In this document: piece by piece, positions 1 to 10,404 of the stretch
How positions within the stretch are numbered: the first letter of the stretch is position 1
How the letters are laid out: every line of letters starts with the position of its first letter
NCBI GenBank assembly: GCA_965248695.1
Contig: CBDFKD010000002.1
Coordinates: 1,984,001 to 2,048,000, forward strand
Source of the DNA: Acidobacteriota bacterium
GTDB taxonomy: Bacteria > Acidobacteriota > UBA890 > WLXD01
DNA length: 64,000 bases
Direction of reading: 5' to 3'
Translations under genes and position numbers: made by a program
Notes under the pieces: model-generated
The model's input: only the letters and a program-made list of their open reading frames with translations
Database searches by the model: none
Told to the model about the DNA's origin: nothing

Positions 1-217
1 ACGGCGGGATCAGTCCCTCCGCGCGTACCCCGGTAGCAATCAGGCGATCCAGGTTCGGCGTCTCGACTCGTTCGGTGTAGTCGGAACGGAATCCATCCAT
101 CGAGATGAGCAACAGCGTCGCTGGTGGTGCAGCAGCCCGGCTCGGGCCACACGCCACCATCACCGCCAGCAGCAATGCCGTCGGTGCGGTTCCGCTCCTC
201 GCCATCGCCCGACCCAT
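1..217 (-). CDS. Nucleotide pyrophosphatase/phosphodiesterase (alkaline phosphatase superfamily), N-terminal part, runs off the window start
   Basis: Not in the ORF track. Manual minus-strand translation from ATG 217 or 205: ...LLLAVMVACG...LLLISMDGFRSDY...TPNLDRLIATGVRAEGLIP, the typical ENPP N-terminus, with a lipobox-like VAC. Confidence 0.85.
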   Translation of the reverse strand, partial: MGRAMARSGTAPTALLLAVMVACGPSRAAAPPATLLLISMDGFRSDYTERVETPNLDRLIATGVRAEGLIPP

Positions 218-362
218 CGCATCCCCCGGGACACCCGATAGCCGCCAACGCCGCCGCGTCCACGCCGACCGTGTGCGCAGGCTCCAAGGGAGTCTAGCCG
301 GTTGCCAAAGTGTCCATCGATGGAATGAGGCCGTTGACCGGAGTGTCTAATATGCGACGGTC

Positions 363-968
363 ATGGAAACCCCTGTGTCCGACATGCGGCCCGGTGCCAA
401 CCAAGAGGACCGGAGCCTGGTCGCGTTGGCGCGGACGGGAGACCAGCAGGCATTCAGGACACTGGTGGAACGGTACGAGGGAGCTGTGGCAGCGACGGTA
501 ATCGGGATGATGGGCCCCGGCGCCGATGCCGACGACGTCGGCCAGGAGGTCTTCGTGCGCTTCTATCGGTCGCTCGCGAGGTTCCGCGGCGACGCGACGC
601 TGAAGACCTACCTGACGCGCATCGCCATCAATCTGTCGCTCAACGCGCTGAAGCGACGGCGTCGACTGCTGGACCGATTTATCAACCGCGACCGTTCGGC
701 TGACGAGGCACCGTTGCCTGAGCCAGCGATGAGCGGCGACCTGGCGATGGCCAGCGACGACCTGACCGGAGCCGTGCAGGAGGCCATCCGCTCACTCGGA
801 GCGGAGCATCGGGCGGTGGTGGTTCTGCGTATGATCGAGGGCTATTCGACGCGCGAGACCGCGGAGCTGCTCCGGGTTCCGCAAGGCACCGTAATGTCGC
901 GTCTGTCGCGGGCGATGAGAACCTTGGAACCGATGCTCCGACCATGGGCAGAACACCTGGATGACTGA
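363..968 (+). CDS. ECF sigma-70 factor
   Basis: Region 2 (ADDVGQEVFVRFY, LKTYLTRIAIN) and region 4 (EGYSTRETAELLRVPQGTVMSRLSRA). Confidence 0.95.
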   Translation: METPVSDMRPGANQEDRSLVALARTGDQQAFRTLVERYEGAVAATVIGMMGPGADADDVGQEVFVRFYRSLARFRGDATLKTYLTRIAINLSLNALKRRRRLLDRFINRDRSADEAPLPEPAMSGDLAMASDDLTGAVQEAIRSLGAEHRAVVVLRMIEGYSTRETAELLRVPQGTVMSRLSRAMRTLEPMLRPWAEHLDD

Positions 969-1287
969 GCCGCTGGGAGACAACGACACCGGGCGGCTCG
1001 TGCGCGCCCACGCCCGTCGTGCGTTCGGTCCGGGCTTCGCCGACCGGGTGATGAGCCGGATCGACGAGGACGCCACAGGTCTGGTGCTCCTGCCTCAGTT
1101 CTTGGGCCTGGCAGCGGCAGCGGCAACGGTGACGCTGTTGTTGATCGGCTACAGCGTGTTATGGACCGAGCCGCTGGAGGGCCAATCGTTCATTGAGGCC
1201 GTCCTGGGCCTGGAACCGGTCTCGATCGAATCGGCCTACGGGCTGGACGACAAGCTGCCGTACATCGACGGCGATAACTCGCTATGA
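961..1287 (+). CDS. Putative single-TM anti-sigma factor
   Basis: Overlaps the sigma stop; PGFADRVM motif followed by one TM helix. Confidence 0.7.
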   Translation: MTEPLGDNDTGRLVRAHARRAFGPGFADRVMSRIDEDATGLVLLPQFLGLAAAAATVTLLLIGYSVLWTEPLEGQSFIEAVLGLEPVSIESAYGLDDKLPYIDGDNSL

Positions 1288-1685
1288 GCCCCAGGACCCG
1301 CTCCGCCGTGCTGCTTACGGCAACGTTGGCTATCGGCGTCGCGCTCGGCGTCTTCCTTGGTGGCGCGCTGCAGCATTTCCGCTCCGGGAGAGTACGGGGG
1401 CTCGGCGACCGTCAGGGCTTCGTGCACCACATGGAGCGCATCATCGGACCGCTCGACGAGCAGCAACAACAGCTGATCCGCCCGATCCTGGAGGCAACCG
1501 CGGATCGCAACCATCAGATCGACCGAGCTTCCCGCGATGAGTTGCGCGCAGCGCTGTCCACAATGATCGCCGAGCTCGGCGAGCACCTGGACGACGAACA
1601 GCGCCAGCGGCTGGAGGAGTTCGCCCGCCGACCGCCGCGCCGCGGGCCGCCTGGCGGACCACCGCCGCCGCCGAGACCACACTAG
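1284..1685 (+). CDS. Periplasmic accessory protein of the ECF cassette (Spy/CpxP/heavy-metal-sensor-like)
   Basis: ATGA overlap with the upstream gene; N-terminal TM; LDEQQQQ and LDDEQRQR motifs; Pro/Arg tail. Confidence 0.65.
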   Translation: MSPRTRSAVLLTATLAIGVALGVFLGGALQHFRSGRVRGLGDRQGFVHHMERIIGPLDEQQQQLIRPILEATADRNHQIDRASRDELRAALSTMIAELGEHLDDEQRQRLEEFARRPPRRGPPGGPPPPPRPH

Positions 1686-1734
1686 TTGGCCGCGGTGAAC
1701 TCTGACCGGCTAGCGGCCCGTAGCAGGGGAATCG

Positions 1735-4170
1735 CTAGCGCACCAGCGGCTGCAGAAGCCTGAGCTTGGGCTCGAGACGCGCCTCGAGCTGCTGCTCGAT
1801 CTCGGCCACGCGCGACTCCAGATCGAAGGCCTTGATCTGCTCTTCGATCTCGTCGACCTTGGCGTCGACGTTGTAGCTCTCGATCTCGCGCTCGATCTCC
1901 GCGACCCGGGACTCCATACCGAAGTCCTCGATCTGACGCTCGATCTCGGCAACCTTCGCGTCGACGTCGTAGTCAACGATCTCATTTTCGATCTCGAGGA
2001 TCGCCTCCTCAGCCTCGCGGACCTGCTCGGCGAGCAACTGCTGGGTCTCCTCGTCGCCGGTGGCGCGCGACGCCGTATTCAGGCTCGAGATCCGCCCGCG
2101 ATGGCTCGAGATGTGGCCGCGCATGCTGCTCAGGCGCCCACGTGTCGAGGAAATCCGACCGCGCATGCTGCTGACCTGGCCTTTCGTGGATGAGATGCGC
2201 CCCCGCATGCTGCTCACATGGCCCCGCGCCGAGGAGATCTTCCCGCGCAGGCTACTGACCTGGCCGCGGGCCGAGGAGATCTGACCGCGAAGGCTGCTGC
2301 GCTGACCGCGAATCGAAGAGATCTGTCCCCGTAGGCTACTCGCCTGCCCGCGGATCTGGCTCATCTCCCAGTAGTCGGCCAGGACCGCTAGGATCTGGTC
2401 GCGCCAGTCCTGTCCGCTTTGGTCGAACGTGCGCTCCTGACCGTTGATCGACCAGCTAGGTAACGAGCCACTCGCGGAGGGAGTGATCTCGAGACGCTTG
2501 AGGACGCCATCCAGCTCCGACTCGATGACCACCCAGCCACCATCACCGACCGGACCGATGCGGCCGCCGTCGGCGGCCAGATCGACTGCGCCGTGGACGC
2601 GCATACAAAGCCGCAGATCGTCGACATATTTCTGGATCACACGGTCACTGCTGTCGTAGCCGAACCGCTCCACGAACGTTGTGCCGTCACCGTCGTCCCA
2701 GGTGCTCACGGTGCCGCTGAAGTTGCCGCGCATGTTCTCCGGCTGGCAGCTGTGACGCCCACCCGGGGCTTGGCTGATCGGTGGTGGCAAAACCGGCAGC
2801 GGGGCGATGGGCGCCAGATCGCCAAGTCGAGGAACGACGACGGTGGGCAACGGGGCGGCGATCTCGGCGCTAGCGGCCGGTGGTGCCAGCAGCGACGGCA
2901 GCGGTGCGTTCAATGTGGGCAGCTGGGGCAACGGAGCGTTGGCCGCGGCTTGCCGGGGCGCGGCTCCGGGCAGCGGAACATGGATCGGGGCCGGTGCTAG
3001 CGCGGCCTGTGGCAACATAACGTTGATCGGCGCCGGTGGCACGAGCGGCAGAGGCGCGGATGCAGACAACGGGGGCAGGACCGGCGCTGGCGCCGGCGGC
3101 GTCTCTTGCGGCTGTGCAGCCGCGACTGACAGTGCGGCGATCACCATGCCCGTGCCGGTTGCAGCACCGACCAGGGTGCTGGTACCGCGCCGACGAAGCT
3201 CGAGAATTGCCATCAGTCGTTTCTCCAAATGGGGACGTTCGATCATCGCAAGTGCCCCGGCCGGGGGCCGGGATCCCGCCGATAGCTCCAGCAAGTGCCG
3301 CGCATACACCGACGGCAGATTGCCGAGGGCGATTACCTCTTCGTCACACGCCTGTTCCCGCGCCAGCGTCGCCATGCGGGACGCCACCCACACCAGCGGA
3401 TGGAACCAGTAGGCACACAGAGCCAGACGGGTAAGCAACTGTCGCAGAACATCGAGACGCCGTACGTGCACGAGCTCGTGCTGGAGTACGAGCCGGCGCC
3501 GCACCGCATTCCAGGTGTGCGCCTGCTCGGGCAGCAAGACAACCGGCCGGAAGATGCCCCCCGTGAGCGGAGTACCGATGCCTATGGCCGACAGCAAGCG
3601 TACGCGGCGACGGATGCGCAGCTGCCGTCTGACGCCTTCGAGCTCGGCGCACCATGCGGGATCTTGAACTGGCGTGGCCGCCTTCATGGTTCGCCAAACC
3701 CGCGCCAACCCGAGGATCAACGCCGCCGCCACTGCCGCGGCGCCGACGAGCCACACCGCCACCAAAGCAGCTACTGTGCTGACGCGTACTGTGCTGACGT
3801 GACTCAGGGCGGCGTCGGCAACGGAACCAATCTGAGCGCCCACGGACGGGGTGGGGAGCCCGGCCTCGGCTACCGCCGCGTTCGTGAGCTCGCGCCCCGC
3901 CGGCACGGGCGCCGACACCCGCGGCGGCTCCGGCGACAGCACGGCGGGCAAGGGGACAGGCAAGACAGGCAGCAGGCCCGACAGCAACGGCAGCACCAGG
4001 AGGCCGGCAATGGTGACGCTCCACAGGATGTGGCGGGCGGTGCCGGCCGACCGACGCAGGAGGAAGGCGACGGCGAACGCCAGGCCAATGAGCGCCGTGC
4101 CACGTATCGTCACCGCGAGCAGGACAGGTCCGGTCGCCTGCAACCCGATCTCGGGCCCTGGCAGCCCCAT
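1735..4170 (-). CDS. BlaR1/MecR1-type M56 metallopeptidase with Pro-rich linker and coiled-coil repeat C-terminus
   Basis: TM N-terminus, HELVH zinc motif, YWFHPLVW, REQACD; directly downstream of blaI. Confidence 0.9.
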   Translation of the reverse strand: MGLPGPEIGLQATGPVLLAVTIRGTALIGLAFAVAFLLRRSAGTARHILWSVTIAGLLVLPLLSGLLPVLPVPLPAVLSPEPPRVSAPVPAGRELTNAAVAEAGLPTPSVGAQIGSVADAALSHVSTVRVSTVAALVAVWLVGAAAVAAALILGLARVWRTMKAATPVQDPAWCAELEGVRRQLRIRRRVRLLSAIGIGTPLTGGIFRPVVLLPEQAHTWNAVRRRLVLQHELVHVRRLDVLRQLLTRLALCAYWFHPLVWVASRMATLAREQACDEEVIALGNLPSVYARHLLELSAGSRPPAGALAMIERPHLEKRLMAILELRRRGTSTLVGAATGTGMVIAALSVAAAQPQETPPAPAPVLPPLSASAPLPLVPPAPINVMLPQAALAPAPIHVPLPGAAPRQAAANAPLPQLPTLNAPLPSLLAPPAASAEIAAPLPTVVVPRLGDLAPIAPLPVLPPPISQAPGGRHSCQPENMRGNFSGTVSTWDDGDGTTFVERFGYDSSDRVIQKYVDDLRLCMRVHGAVDLAADGGRIGPVGDGGWVVIESELDGVLKRLEITPSASGSLPSWSINGQERTFDQSGQDWRDQILAVLADYWEMSQIRGQASSLRGQISSIRGQRSSLRGQISSARGQVSSLRGKISSARGHVSSMRGRISSTKGQVSSMRGRISSTRGRLSSMRGHISSHRGRISSLNTASRATGDEETQQLLAEQVREAEEAILEIENEIVDYDVDAKVAEIERQIEDFGMESRVAEIEREIESYNVDAKVDEIEEQIKAFDLESRVAEIEQQLEARLEPKLRLLQPLVR
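1780..1971 (-). repeat. 4 x 48-nt (16-aa) acidic coding repeat in ABAB pattern
   Basis: YDVDAKVAEIERQIED / FGMESRVAEIEREIES / YNVDAKVDEIEEQIKA / FDLESRVAEIEQQLEA. Confidence 0.85.
2089..2361 (-). repeat. 13 x 21-nt (7-aa, SSxRGxx) coding tandem repeat with 42-nt higher-order period
   Basis: SSLRGQI/SSIRGQR/SSLRGQI/SSARGQV...; the Ser-Ser codons alternate AGY-AGC and TCN-TCN. Confidence 0.9.
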
Positions 4171-4171
4171 C

Positions 4172-4555
4172 TCAGCGGCCCTCGCGCGCGGCGCGGTCGA
4201 TCATGCGTTTCAGGCTGCGCCGCTCGGCATCGGTTAGCCGATCACTGCGGATCTCGAGGAGCGCGGCCAGTGCACCCTCCGTGGATCCATCGAAGAATGT
4301 GTGCAGGACGTGGTCCAGCGCCGACCGACGCGCAGCTTCCGGCGGTGCGGTTGGCGAATAGACGTATCGCGGCCCCTGGTGCTCGAAGCGAACCTGCCCT
4401 TTGTCGACCAAGATCCGCAGGATCGACCGTACCGCCGGGTCGGTAGGTGCCTCCGCCATCGCGGCGCGAACCTCGGCCGCGGTGGCCTCTCCTCTGCTGT
4501 GAAGGATATCCATGACCTCACGCTCGCGACGACTGAGCATCCCGGGCTTCTTCAC
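4172..4555 (-). CDS. BlaI/MecI/CopY family repressor
   Basis: LSRREREVMDIL, VRSILRILVDKG, GPRYVY, FFDGS. Confidence 0.95.
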   Translation of the reverse strand: MKKPGMLSRREREVMDILHSRGEATAAEVRAAMAEAPTDPAVRSILRILVDKGQVRFEHQGPRYVYSPTAPPEAARRSALDHVLHTFFDGSTEGALAALLEIRSDRLTDAERRSLKRMIDRAAREGR

Positions 4556-4606
4556 GTCGTCCTCTTCCGGTTATCTGAGCAGACGTCAACGAACCTAGCA
4601 CGGTTT

Positions 4607-4643
4607 ATGTTGAATTTTCAACATTGCGCTGAAAATTCGACAT
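4607..4643. promoter_or_regulatory. Tandem putative BlaI operators
   Basis: Inverted repeat ATGTTGAA-TT-TTCAACAT (4607-4624) with a degenerate copy GCGCTGAA-AA-TTCGACAT (4626-4643); AT-rich, about 50-90 nt upstream of blaI. Confidence 0.75.
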
Positions 4644-4851
4644 CCGGCTACCGTTCGCTCCAATCAAATGGATGCCCGAGGCGAAGATCGCGCCACTCCG
4701 GACCCCTTCCCGGATCGGTGCTCGTTCGACGCCCGGCACCGAAATCCCCTTGGAGCATAACGAAAAAACCCTCGCGTGGGGCTCGACAATGGGCCGTCGA
4801 GGGTCCAGCCTGGGAGCTATCAGACACCATTAATTTCCTGTGGGGGGGAAT

Positions 4852-5145
4852 ATGACCAAGGCCGACATGGCTGCGAAGTTGGCCAGCAAGTGTGACGTTT
4901 CGAAGGCCAAGGCCGAGGAGATCATCGACGCCATCTTCTCGACCAAGCCTTACCAGGGGATCATTGCCGTCGAGCTGGACGCGGGCAACAAGGTCTCGAT
5001 CGCTGGCTTCGGGAACTTCGAGACCCGCAATCGCAAGGCGCGCATGGGCCGAAACCCGGCCACCGGGGCGACGATTCACATCGCCGCGACCACGGTTGCA
5101 GCGTTCAAGGCGGCAAAGGGCCTCAAGGACCGCGTCGCCACCTGA
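4852..5145 (+). CDS. hup: HU family DNA-binding protein
   Basis: MTKADM, GFGNFETRNRKARMGRNPATG, FKAAKGLKD. Confidence 0.95.
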   Translation: MTKADMAAKLASKCDVSKAKAEEIIDAIFSTKPYQGIIAVELDAGNKVSIAGFGNFETRNRKARMGRNPATGATIHIAATTVAAFKAAKGLKDRVAT

Positions 5146-5179
5146 GGTTAGCGGCTGGGCTGGTCGCGGAGATCACGCG

Positions 5180-5380
5180 GTGACCGATCCGTCGGCAGAC
5201 GGGGTCGGTCGGTCTAGATCCGCGGTGGTCGTAGCGCTGATCGTCTCGGCGATCGCGCTCTTCGTGGCCGGTGTCGCCCTTCTGTTGACGGGCGGCTACG
5301 AGCTGATCGGGGGCGTCCTTCTAGCGGTTGCGCTGGGGGACGCCCTTTGTGCGTTCGCCGTCGGCCGGATGGCCAGTTAG
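5180..5380 (+). CDS. Small 2-TM hypothetical membrane protein (~66 aa)
   Basis: 3' part of ORF 4892-5380; GGAGA RBS before the GTG; two hydrophobic helices. Confidence 0.55.
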   Translation: MTDPSADGVGRSRSAVVVALIVSAIALFVAGVALLLTGGYELIGGVLLAVALGDALCAFAVGRMAS

Positions 5381-5384
5381 GAGC

Positions 5385-6533
5385 TTGATCCGCGACCCGG
5401 TGGCGGTGCTCCTGGTACTCGCCGCCGTGGTCTGCCTGGCGTTGTGGCTCGAGGAGAGGATCGCGGCGTTCCGTGCTCTCGGGCCTGCCCTGGTGGGGAT
5501 TCTCATCGGGATGGCGCTGTCCAACTTCGGTGTGCTACCGGGGACCTCGTCTACGTATCAGTGGCTGAGTAGCACTGGCATTAGCCTCTCGGTGGCGCTG
5601 ATATTGCTCAACGTCGACCTGCGGTCGCTCGCCGACGCCGGCCTGAGCATGCTCGCGGCGTTCGGAATCGGCGCTGCGGCCACAGCGACCGGAGCGATCA
5701 CGGGCGCGCTGTTGTGGAGCGGCAGCGTCGGGCCCGAGAGCTGGAAACTGGCGGGTCAGTTCACCGGCACCTACACTGGCGGCGGCTTGAACTTCGCCGC
5801 GCTGGGTCGCGCGTTCGAGACCAGCAGCGATCTTTTCTCGGCAGCGGTCGCAGCCGACGTCGCGCTCACGGCCGTTTGGATGGCCGCCTGTCTGGTCGCC
5901 CCGCTATTGCTGTCGCGCCGAAGTCGAGACGCAGAGGAGCGGCCGGCGGAACCCCCGGTGGAGGATCAGAGCTCCAACGTCGCACGGGCGCTCAACAGCA
6001 GCGTTCGTCCGATCGCTATTGGCGAGCTTGCCGCACTGGTGGCGCTTGCAGTCGGCGCCGTTTGGCTCGCTGGACGACTCGCTCTCCTGGCACCCGCACT
6101 GCCTGAGATTCTCTGGCTAACGACCATCGTCCTGCTGATGGCGCAGGTACCTGGGGTCAAGTCACTCGCCGGCGGTGCCCTGCTGGGCAACTACATTCTG
6201 CTGCTGTTCCTTGCCGGCAACGGCGCCCAATCGGTACTGGCGAACATCTTCCGCGTAGGGCCGGCGGTTTTCTGGTTCGCCGCCACCACGGTCGCCATCC
6301 ATGGCATCGGGATCTTCGGCGTCGGTCGACTGCTCGGTATCGATGCTGCAACGCTCGCGGTGGCGTCACAGGCCAACGTCGGCGGGCCGGGCTCAGCGGT
6401 GGCGTTGGCGTCGGCACGCGGCTACACGGACCGGTTGCTTCCCGGCGTGGCGATCGGACTGTTGGGCTACGCGGTGGGCAACTACACTGGCTTCATGGTC
6501 GCGAACCTGATGCGCCGCTGGCTCGGCGGCTGA
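5385..6533 (+). CDS. DUF819 family membrane protein
   Basis: Multi-TM; [10 protein letters not shown] and [12 protein letters not shown] motifs; start uncertain. Confidence 0.85.
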   Translation: MIRDPVAVLLVLAAVVCLALWLEERIAAFRALGPALVGILIGMALSNFGVLPGTSSTYQWLSSTGISLSVALILLNVDLRSLADAGLSMLAAFGIGAAATATGAITGALLWSGSVGPESWKLAGQFTGTYTGGGLNFAALGRAFETSSDLFSAAVAADVALTAVWMAACLVAPLLLSRRSRDAEERPAEPPVEDQSSNVARALNSSVRPIAIGELAALVALAVGAVWLAGRLALLAPALPEILWLTTIVLLMAQVPGVKSLAGGALLGNYILLLFLAGNGAQSVLANIFRVGPAVFWFAATTVAIHGIGIFGVGRLLGIDAATLAVASQANVGGPGSAVALASARGYTDRLLPGVAIGLLGYAVGNYTGFMVANLMRRWLGG

Positions 6534-6629
6534 TCCAGTGTCCAGTCACTGCGGTCCGCTGCATGCCGCCGGGCTACGACTAGCACATGGCCGGAGGCTC
6601 TGCTCATATCCCGACAACCTGTAACCGGC

Positions 6630-8300
6630 ATGTTGCAGGGCCTGCAGGCCTCGCAGAAACGCAGTCTGGAGCGCACGTTCCGACGCCGGGTGCCACCCGA
6701 CCGGATCGTTTCCGGAGAGCTCGCGCGGCACCTGGCGCAGCTGTCGCGCGAGATGGGGCGCCAGATCGGCGTGCTACTGGCCCGGAACGGCGCCGTCCGG
6801 CATGTGGTCGTCGGCGACGCGCACAAGCTCATGCTGCCGGATATCGGCCGACTCCGGGGTGGCGCCGGTCGTTTCCGCGGCTTGCGCCTGGTACACACGC
6901 ACCTGCGCGGCGAGCCGCTCACCGACGACGACCTCAACGATCTGGCGCTGCTGCGCCTCGACATGGTGGCGATGATCGAGGTTCGCGCCGATGGGCTGCC
7001 CGGACGATTCGAAGCGGCTTATCTGGACCCGGCAGCCCTTGCCAATCAGAACGACGGGGAACCCCAGAGCGATCCCTTCGTTCACCGGCATGCGCGCGAC
7101 GTACAGTCGCTCGACCTCGACTTCGGATCTACGATTGCCGCGCTGGAGGAGGAGTTCGCCCGCGTCGTCGGACGGGCTCGGGGCCCCAAGGATGCGGAGC
7201 GCGCGCTGGTCATCGGCCGGCGGCCGCAGGACCGGCACTTCGAGGAAACGCTGGAGCTGGTGGGATCGTCGGGCGTCGTGATCGCCGGGACCCTGCGTCA
7301 GAAGCGTCGCATCCATCCGAAGACCGTCGTCGGTCGCGGCAAGCTGCAGGAACTGATCCTCGAGGCAATGCGCCGCAACGCCGACGTGGCGATCTTCGAC
7401 ATCGACCTCAAGCCGGCACAGGCGCGGGCATTTGAAGACGCGACCGGCATGAAAGCGATCGATCGCACGCAGCTGATCTTGGATATCTTCGCGCAGCGGG
7501 CGCGAAGCCGCGACGGCAAGCTGCAGGTCGAGCTCGCGCAGCTACGCTACTCGCTACCGCGACTCACCGATCAGGATGCGGGCCTGTCGCGTCTCACCGG
7601 CGGCATCGGAGGTCGCGGCCCTGGCGAGACGGTGCTGGAGATTGGCCGTAGGCGCATCCGCGATCGCATCCGCCGGCTGGAGAAACAAGTCGAGCAGCTT
7701 TCCAAGCAGCGCGACGTAAGGCGGCGGCGACGGCGCCAGCAGGGCCTGCCGGTGCTGTCGATCGTCGGATACACCAACGCCGGCAAGAGCACGCTGCTGA
7801 ATGCGCTGACCTCGTCCGACATCGAGACCGAGGACCGGCTATTCATGACCCTTGACCCGACCAGCCGGCGACTGCGTTTCCCGCGCGAGGGAGAGGTGAT
7901 CATCACGGACACCGTCGGCTTCATCTCCGAGCTACCCGGCGACCTCATAGCTGCGTTCCGCGCCACCATGGAGGAGCTGGCCGACGCCGATCTGTTGTTG
8001 CATGTGGCCGACGCCTCGGATCCGCACATCGACGACAAGATCGACGCCGTCAACGGCGTGCTCGCGGATATCGACGCTCTGGGTGTGCCGGTTCTGAAGG
8101 TGCTCAACAAGGCCGATCTCGTGGCCGCCGCCGAGATGTCCGCATTGGCGGCGCGGCACGATGCGGTCGCTGTCAGCGCTATCGAGCGCAAAGGCCTCCG
8201 CCGGCTGATCGCCGAGGCCGAGAGCCGCATCGCGGGAAGCGCGCCCGGCGTTCCGGCGCCTGACGCCCTGAGCCGCGGCGCACAGCGCTCGGGCGTCTAG
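6630..8300 (+). CDS. hflX: GTPase HflX (long N-terminal form)
   Basis: [33 protein letters not shown]. Confidence 0.97.
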   Translation: MLQGLQASQKRSLERTFRRRVPPDRIVSGELARHLAQLSREMGRQIGVLLARNGAVRHVVVGDAHKLMLPDIGRLRGGAGRFRGLRLVHTHLRGEPLTDDDLNDLALLRLDMVAMIEVRADGLPGRFEAAYLDPAALANQNDGEPQSDPFVHRHARDVQSLDLDFGSTIAALEEEFARVVGRARGPKDAERALVIGRRPQDRHFEETLELVGSSGVVIAGTLRQKRRIHPKTVVGRGKLQELILEAMRRNADVAIFDIDLKPAQARAFEDATGMKAIDRTQLILDIFAQRARSRDGKLQVELAQLRYSLPRLTDQDAGLSRLTGGIGGRGPGETVLEIGRRRIRDRIRRLEKQVEQLSKQRDVRRRRRRQQGLPVLSIVGYTNAGKSTLLNALTSSDIETEDRLFMTLDPTSRRLRFPREGEVIITDTVGFISELPGDLIAAFRATMEELADADLLLHVADASDPHIDDKIDAVNGVLADIDALGVPVLKVLNKADLVAAAEMSALAARHDAVAVSAIERKGLRRLIAEAESRIAGSAPGVPAPDALSRGAQRSGV

Positions 8301-9466
8301 CGCGGCTGGAACCAGGCGCGCAGGATCTCTTGTGCCGGTTTGGCGCGGGGCGTGAAGTCGCTATTGGCGGAGCCACCCCAGTCGAGATCTGCATACCAGA
8401 TCCAGAAATACGCTCCGGCCAGCCAACTGTCGGGCTCGAAGATCGGCATCCCGTCCCGGGCGACGGCGCCGAACGACTCGGCCAGACAAGCGTAGACAGT
8501 GGCCTGGACGTTCGCGTCGGCAACCTGGCTGTCGTGCCATTCCCAGGGACGATACGCCGCCCCGGAAGCCGACTTGTAGCCCACCTCGGTCAGCAAGACC
8601 GAACGATCGTAGCGTTCCGCAACGACCGCCAGCGAAGCGCGAATTCGAGCCATTCGCGCGAGACATGCGTCGCTCTGCAGCACCTCGTCGCGATCTTCCG
8701 TCAGCGGCCAGAACGCGTCGACCCCAATGTAATCGACCGCGTCCCACCATTCGATCTGTTCCAGCTCGCGGTCCCAGTTGGCGGCGTAGGTGAGCTTGCC
8801 GGCGAACAGCGCACCGACATCGGACGCGAGTTGACGCCAGAACTCCGGATGCCTCAGGGCGACCTCCGTGAGCTCGGAGCCCAGCGAGAATCCCGCTACG
8901 CGCTCCTGAGCCGCCAGCCGCGCGAAGCCCAGCACCACGTCACGGTAACCGCGCTCCCAGGCGGGCCATATGGCCGGACCAGGGTCGATATCACCGCGCC
9001 AGGCGCCTTCCGAGCGGTCGTCGAGCCACAGGTGGGGCTTGAGGAGGACCGCCAGCCCGCGCGCATGCGCCAGCCGGATCGCCGTCCGCGTATCCGACTC
9101 CACGCGCTCGCGCGAACCGCGCCAGGTGAAGTCGACATCACCGAGCCGTGGCTGGAAAAAGCTCGGGATCACGGCCACGTGATCGACTCCGAGGTCGACC
9201 AACGCGTCGAGGCTCGCCGGCAGCGCCGTCAGATCAACCGAAGAACCATGCCCGCCAACGGGCTCGATGTTCATGCCACGCTGGAAGCCCGGCGGCGCTG
9301 GGGAAACGGCTGCTAGGAATCGGCTACTTGCCGGATCCGGTGCGTCGCCGGCGACGCACGCGCCGACCATGACCAGCACCACCGAAATGATCCCTGGCAG
9401 GTGGCGACAATGTCGACGACGTGCCGGCGGCGGCGCGCGGCGCGCGGCGACCCAGAACGCGTTCAT
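8297..9466 (-). CDS. Exported glycoside hydrolase family 113-like TIM barrel
   Basis: LLKPHL, WRGDI, GSEL, YAANWD, LTEVGY; lipobox-like VGAC; start uncertain. Confidence 0.75.
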   Translation of the reverse strand: MNAFWVAARRAPPPARRRHCRHLPGIISVVLVMVGACVAGDAPDPASSRFLAAVSPAPPGFQRGMNIEPVGGHGSSVDLTALPASLDALVDLGVDHVAVIPSFFQPRLGDVDFTWRGSRERVESDTRTAIRLAHARGLAVLLKPHLWLDDRSEGAWRGDIDPGPAIWPAWERGYRDVVLGFARLAAQERVAGFSLGSELTEVALRHPEFWRQLASDVGALFAGKLTYAANWDRELEQIEWWDAVDYIGVDAFWPLTEDRDEVLQSDACLARMARIRASLAVVAERYDRSVLLTEVGYKSASGAAYRPWEWHDSQVADANVQATVYACLAESFGAVARDGMPIFEPDSWLAGAYFWIWYADLDWGGSANSDFTPRAKPAQEILRAWFQPR

Positions 9467-9578
9467 GGGGCGCATCTTACATGCGGGCGGCAACGCCACC
9501 GCCGGGCGCGGCTGGCAAGAAGGTCCCCGGCGCGGTCAAATAGCAGGCGCGCACTGCCCCCGCGAAACGGAGCGACCG

Positions 9579-10404
9579 ATGAGACACCGAACCCGAGCCT
9601 CGTTGCTCGCCATTCTCCTGCTACCGACAGGCTGTGTTGCTCACGCTGATCGAACGGCAGCGATATCGACCACGGCAGCCGCGGGCTCCACGTTGCAAGA
9701 CTGTGGTGACTGGCGCTACCCGGTGCTCTGCCGGGTGGAGCTACGGGTCAACGCCGGTAGCTATGACTGGCAGGACTACGATCCCGACGACACGCTCAGG
9801 GTTCCGCCCAGCGGCGACCTCGAGATCGAGATCAGCGGACGCGATCAGGACGGTCGCAGCTTCCCACAGGATCGCTTGCAGCTGGGGTTCATCGATCGTG
9901 ACTGCAGAGGCGTGCTGAACGTCGAGAGCCGGGACGAGGGCACGGTTCGTATCTCGGCCCGTCGCTCCGACGGTCGGTGCCGACTAGAGCTCTACGTGCC
10001 CGGCAACCTGAACTTCGCTTGGCGCATCGATGTCGAGGTGCGGCGCGGCGCGTCGTCCGGATACGAGCGGCGGGAAGCCGAGGCCATCGTGCGTGCCCTG
10101 TATCGCGGCGTCCTGGGTCGCGAGGTTGACGCGGGCAGCTTCAATAGCGCCGTCTCCGAGGTACAACGTGGTCGTCTCGAGCAGCAGCTACAGGCCATGT
10201 TTGCGCAGCGGTGAGTTCGTCCAGAGCACCGCGAACGTGAGCACGGCAGACCTCCTCGAGAGGTTCTATCAAGGTCTGCTCGAGCGTCGCCCCGACTCCA
10301 GCGGGACCCGTGACTTGCTGCCGCAACTGGAACGCCGGCGCTACATGGACGTGGTACTGGCGATCATCCGTTCGGCCGAGTTCGAGGAGCGGTACCTCCA
10401 GTGA
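9579..10404 (+). pseudogene. Lipoprotein with C-terminal DUF4214-like repeats, +1 frameshift at 10200-10202
   Basis: LYRGVLGREVD in the first frame; removing one T gives MLRSGEF continuing into FYQGLLERRPD...SAEF, the second repeat. Confidence 0.75.

Noticed and set aside
105-501. Plus-strand ORFs 105-350 and 310-501
   Set aside because: They overlap the real minus-strand phosphodiesterase and the sigma factor, and show no motifs.
2089-2361. CRISPR-like or mobile repeat array
   Set aside because: Degenerate in-frame coding repeats with no spacers and no cas genes.
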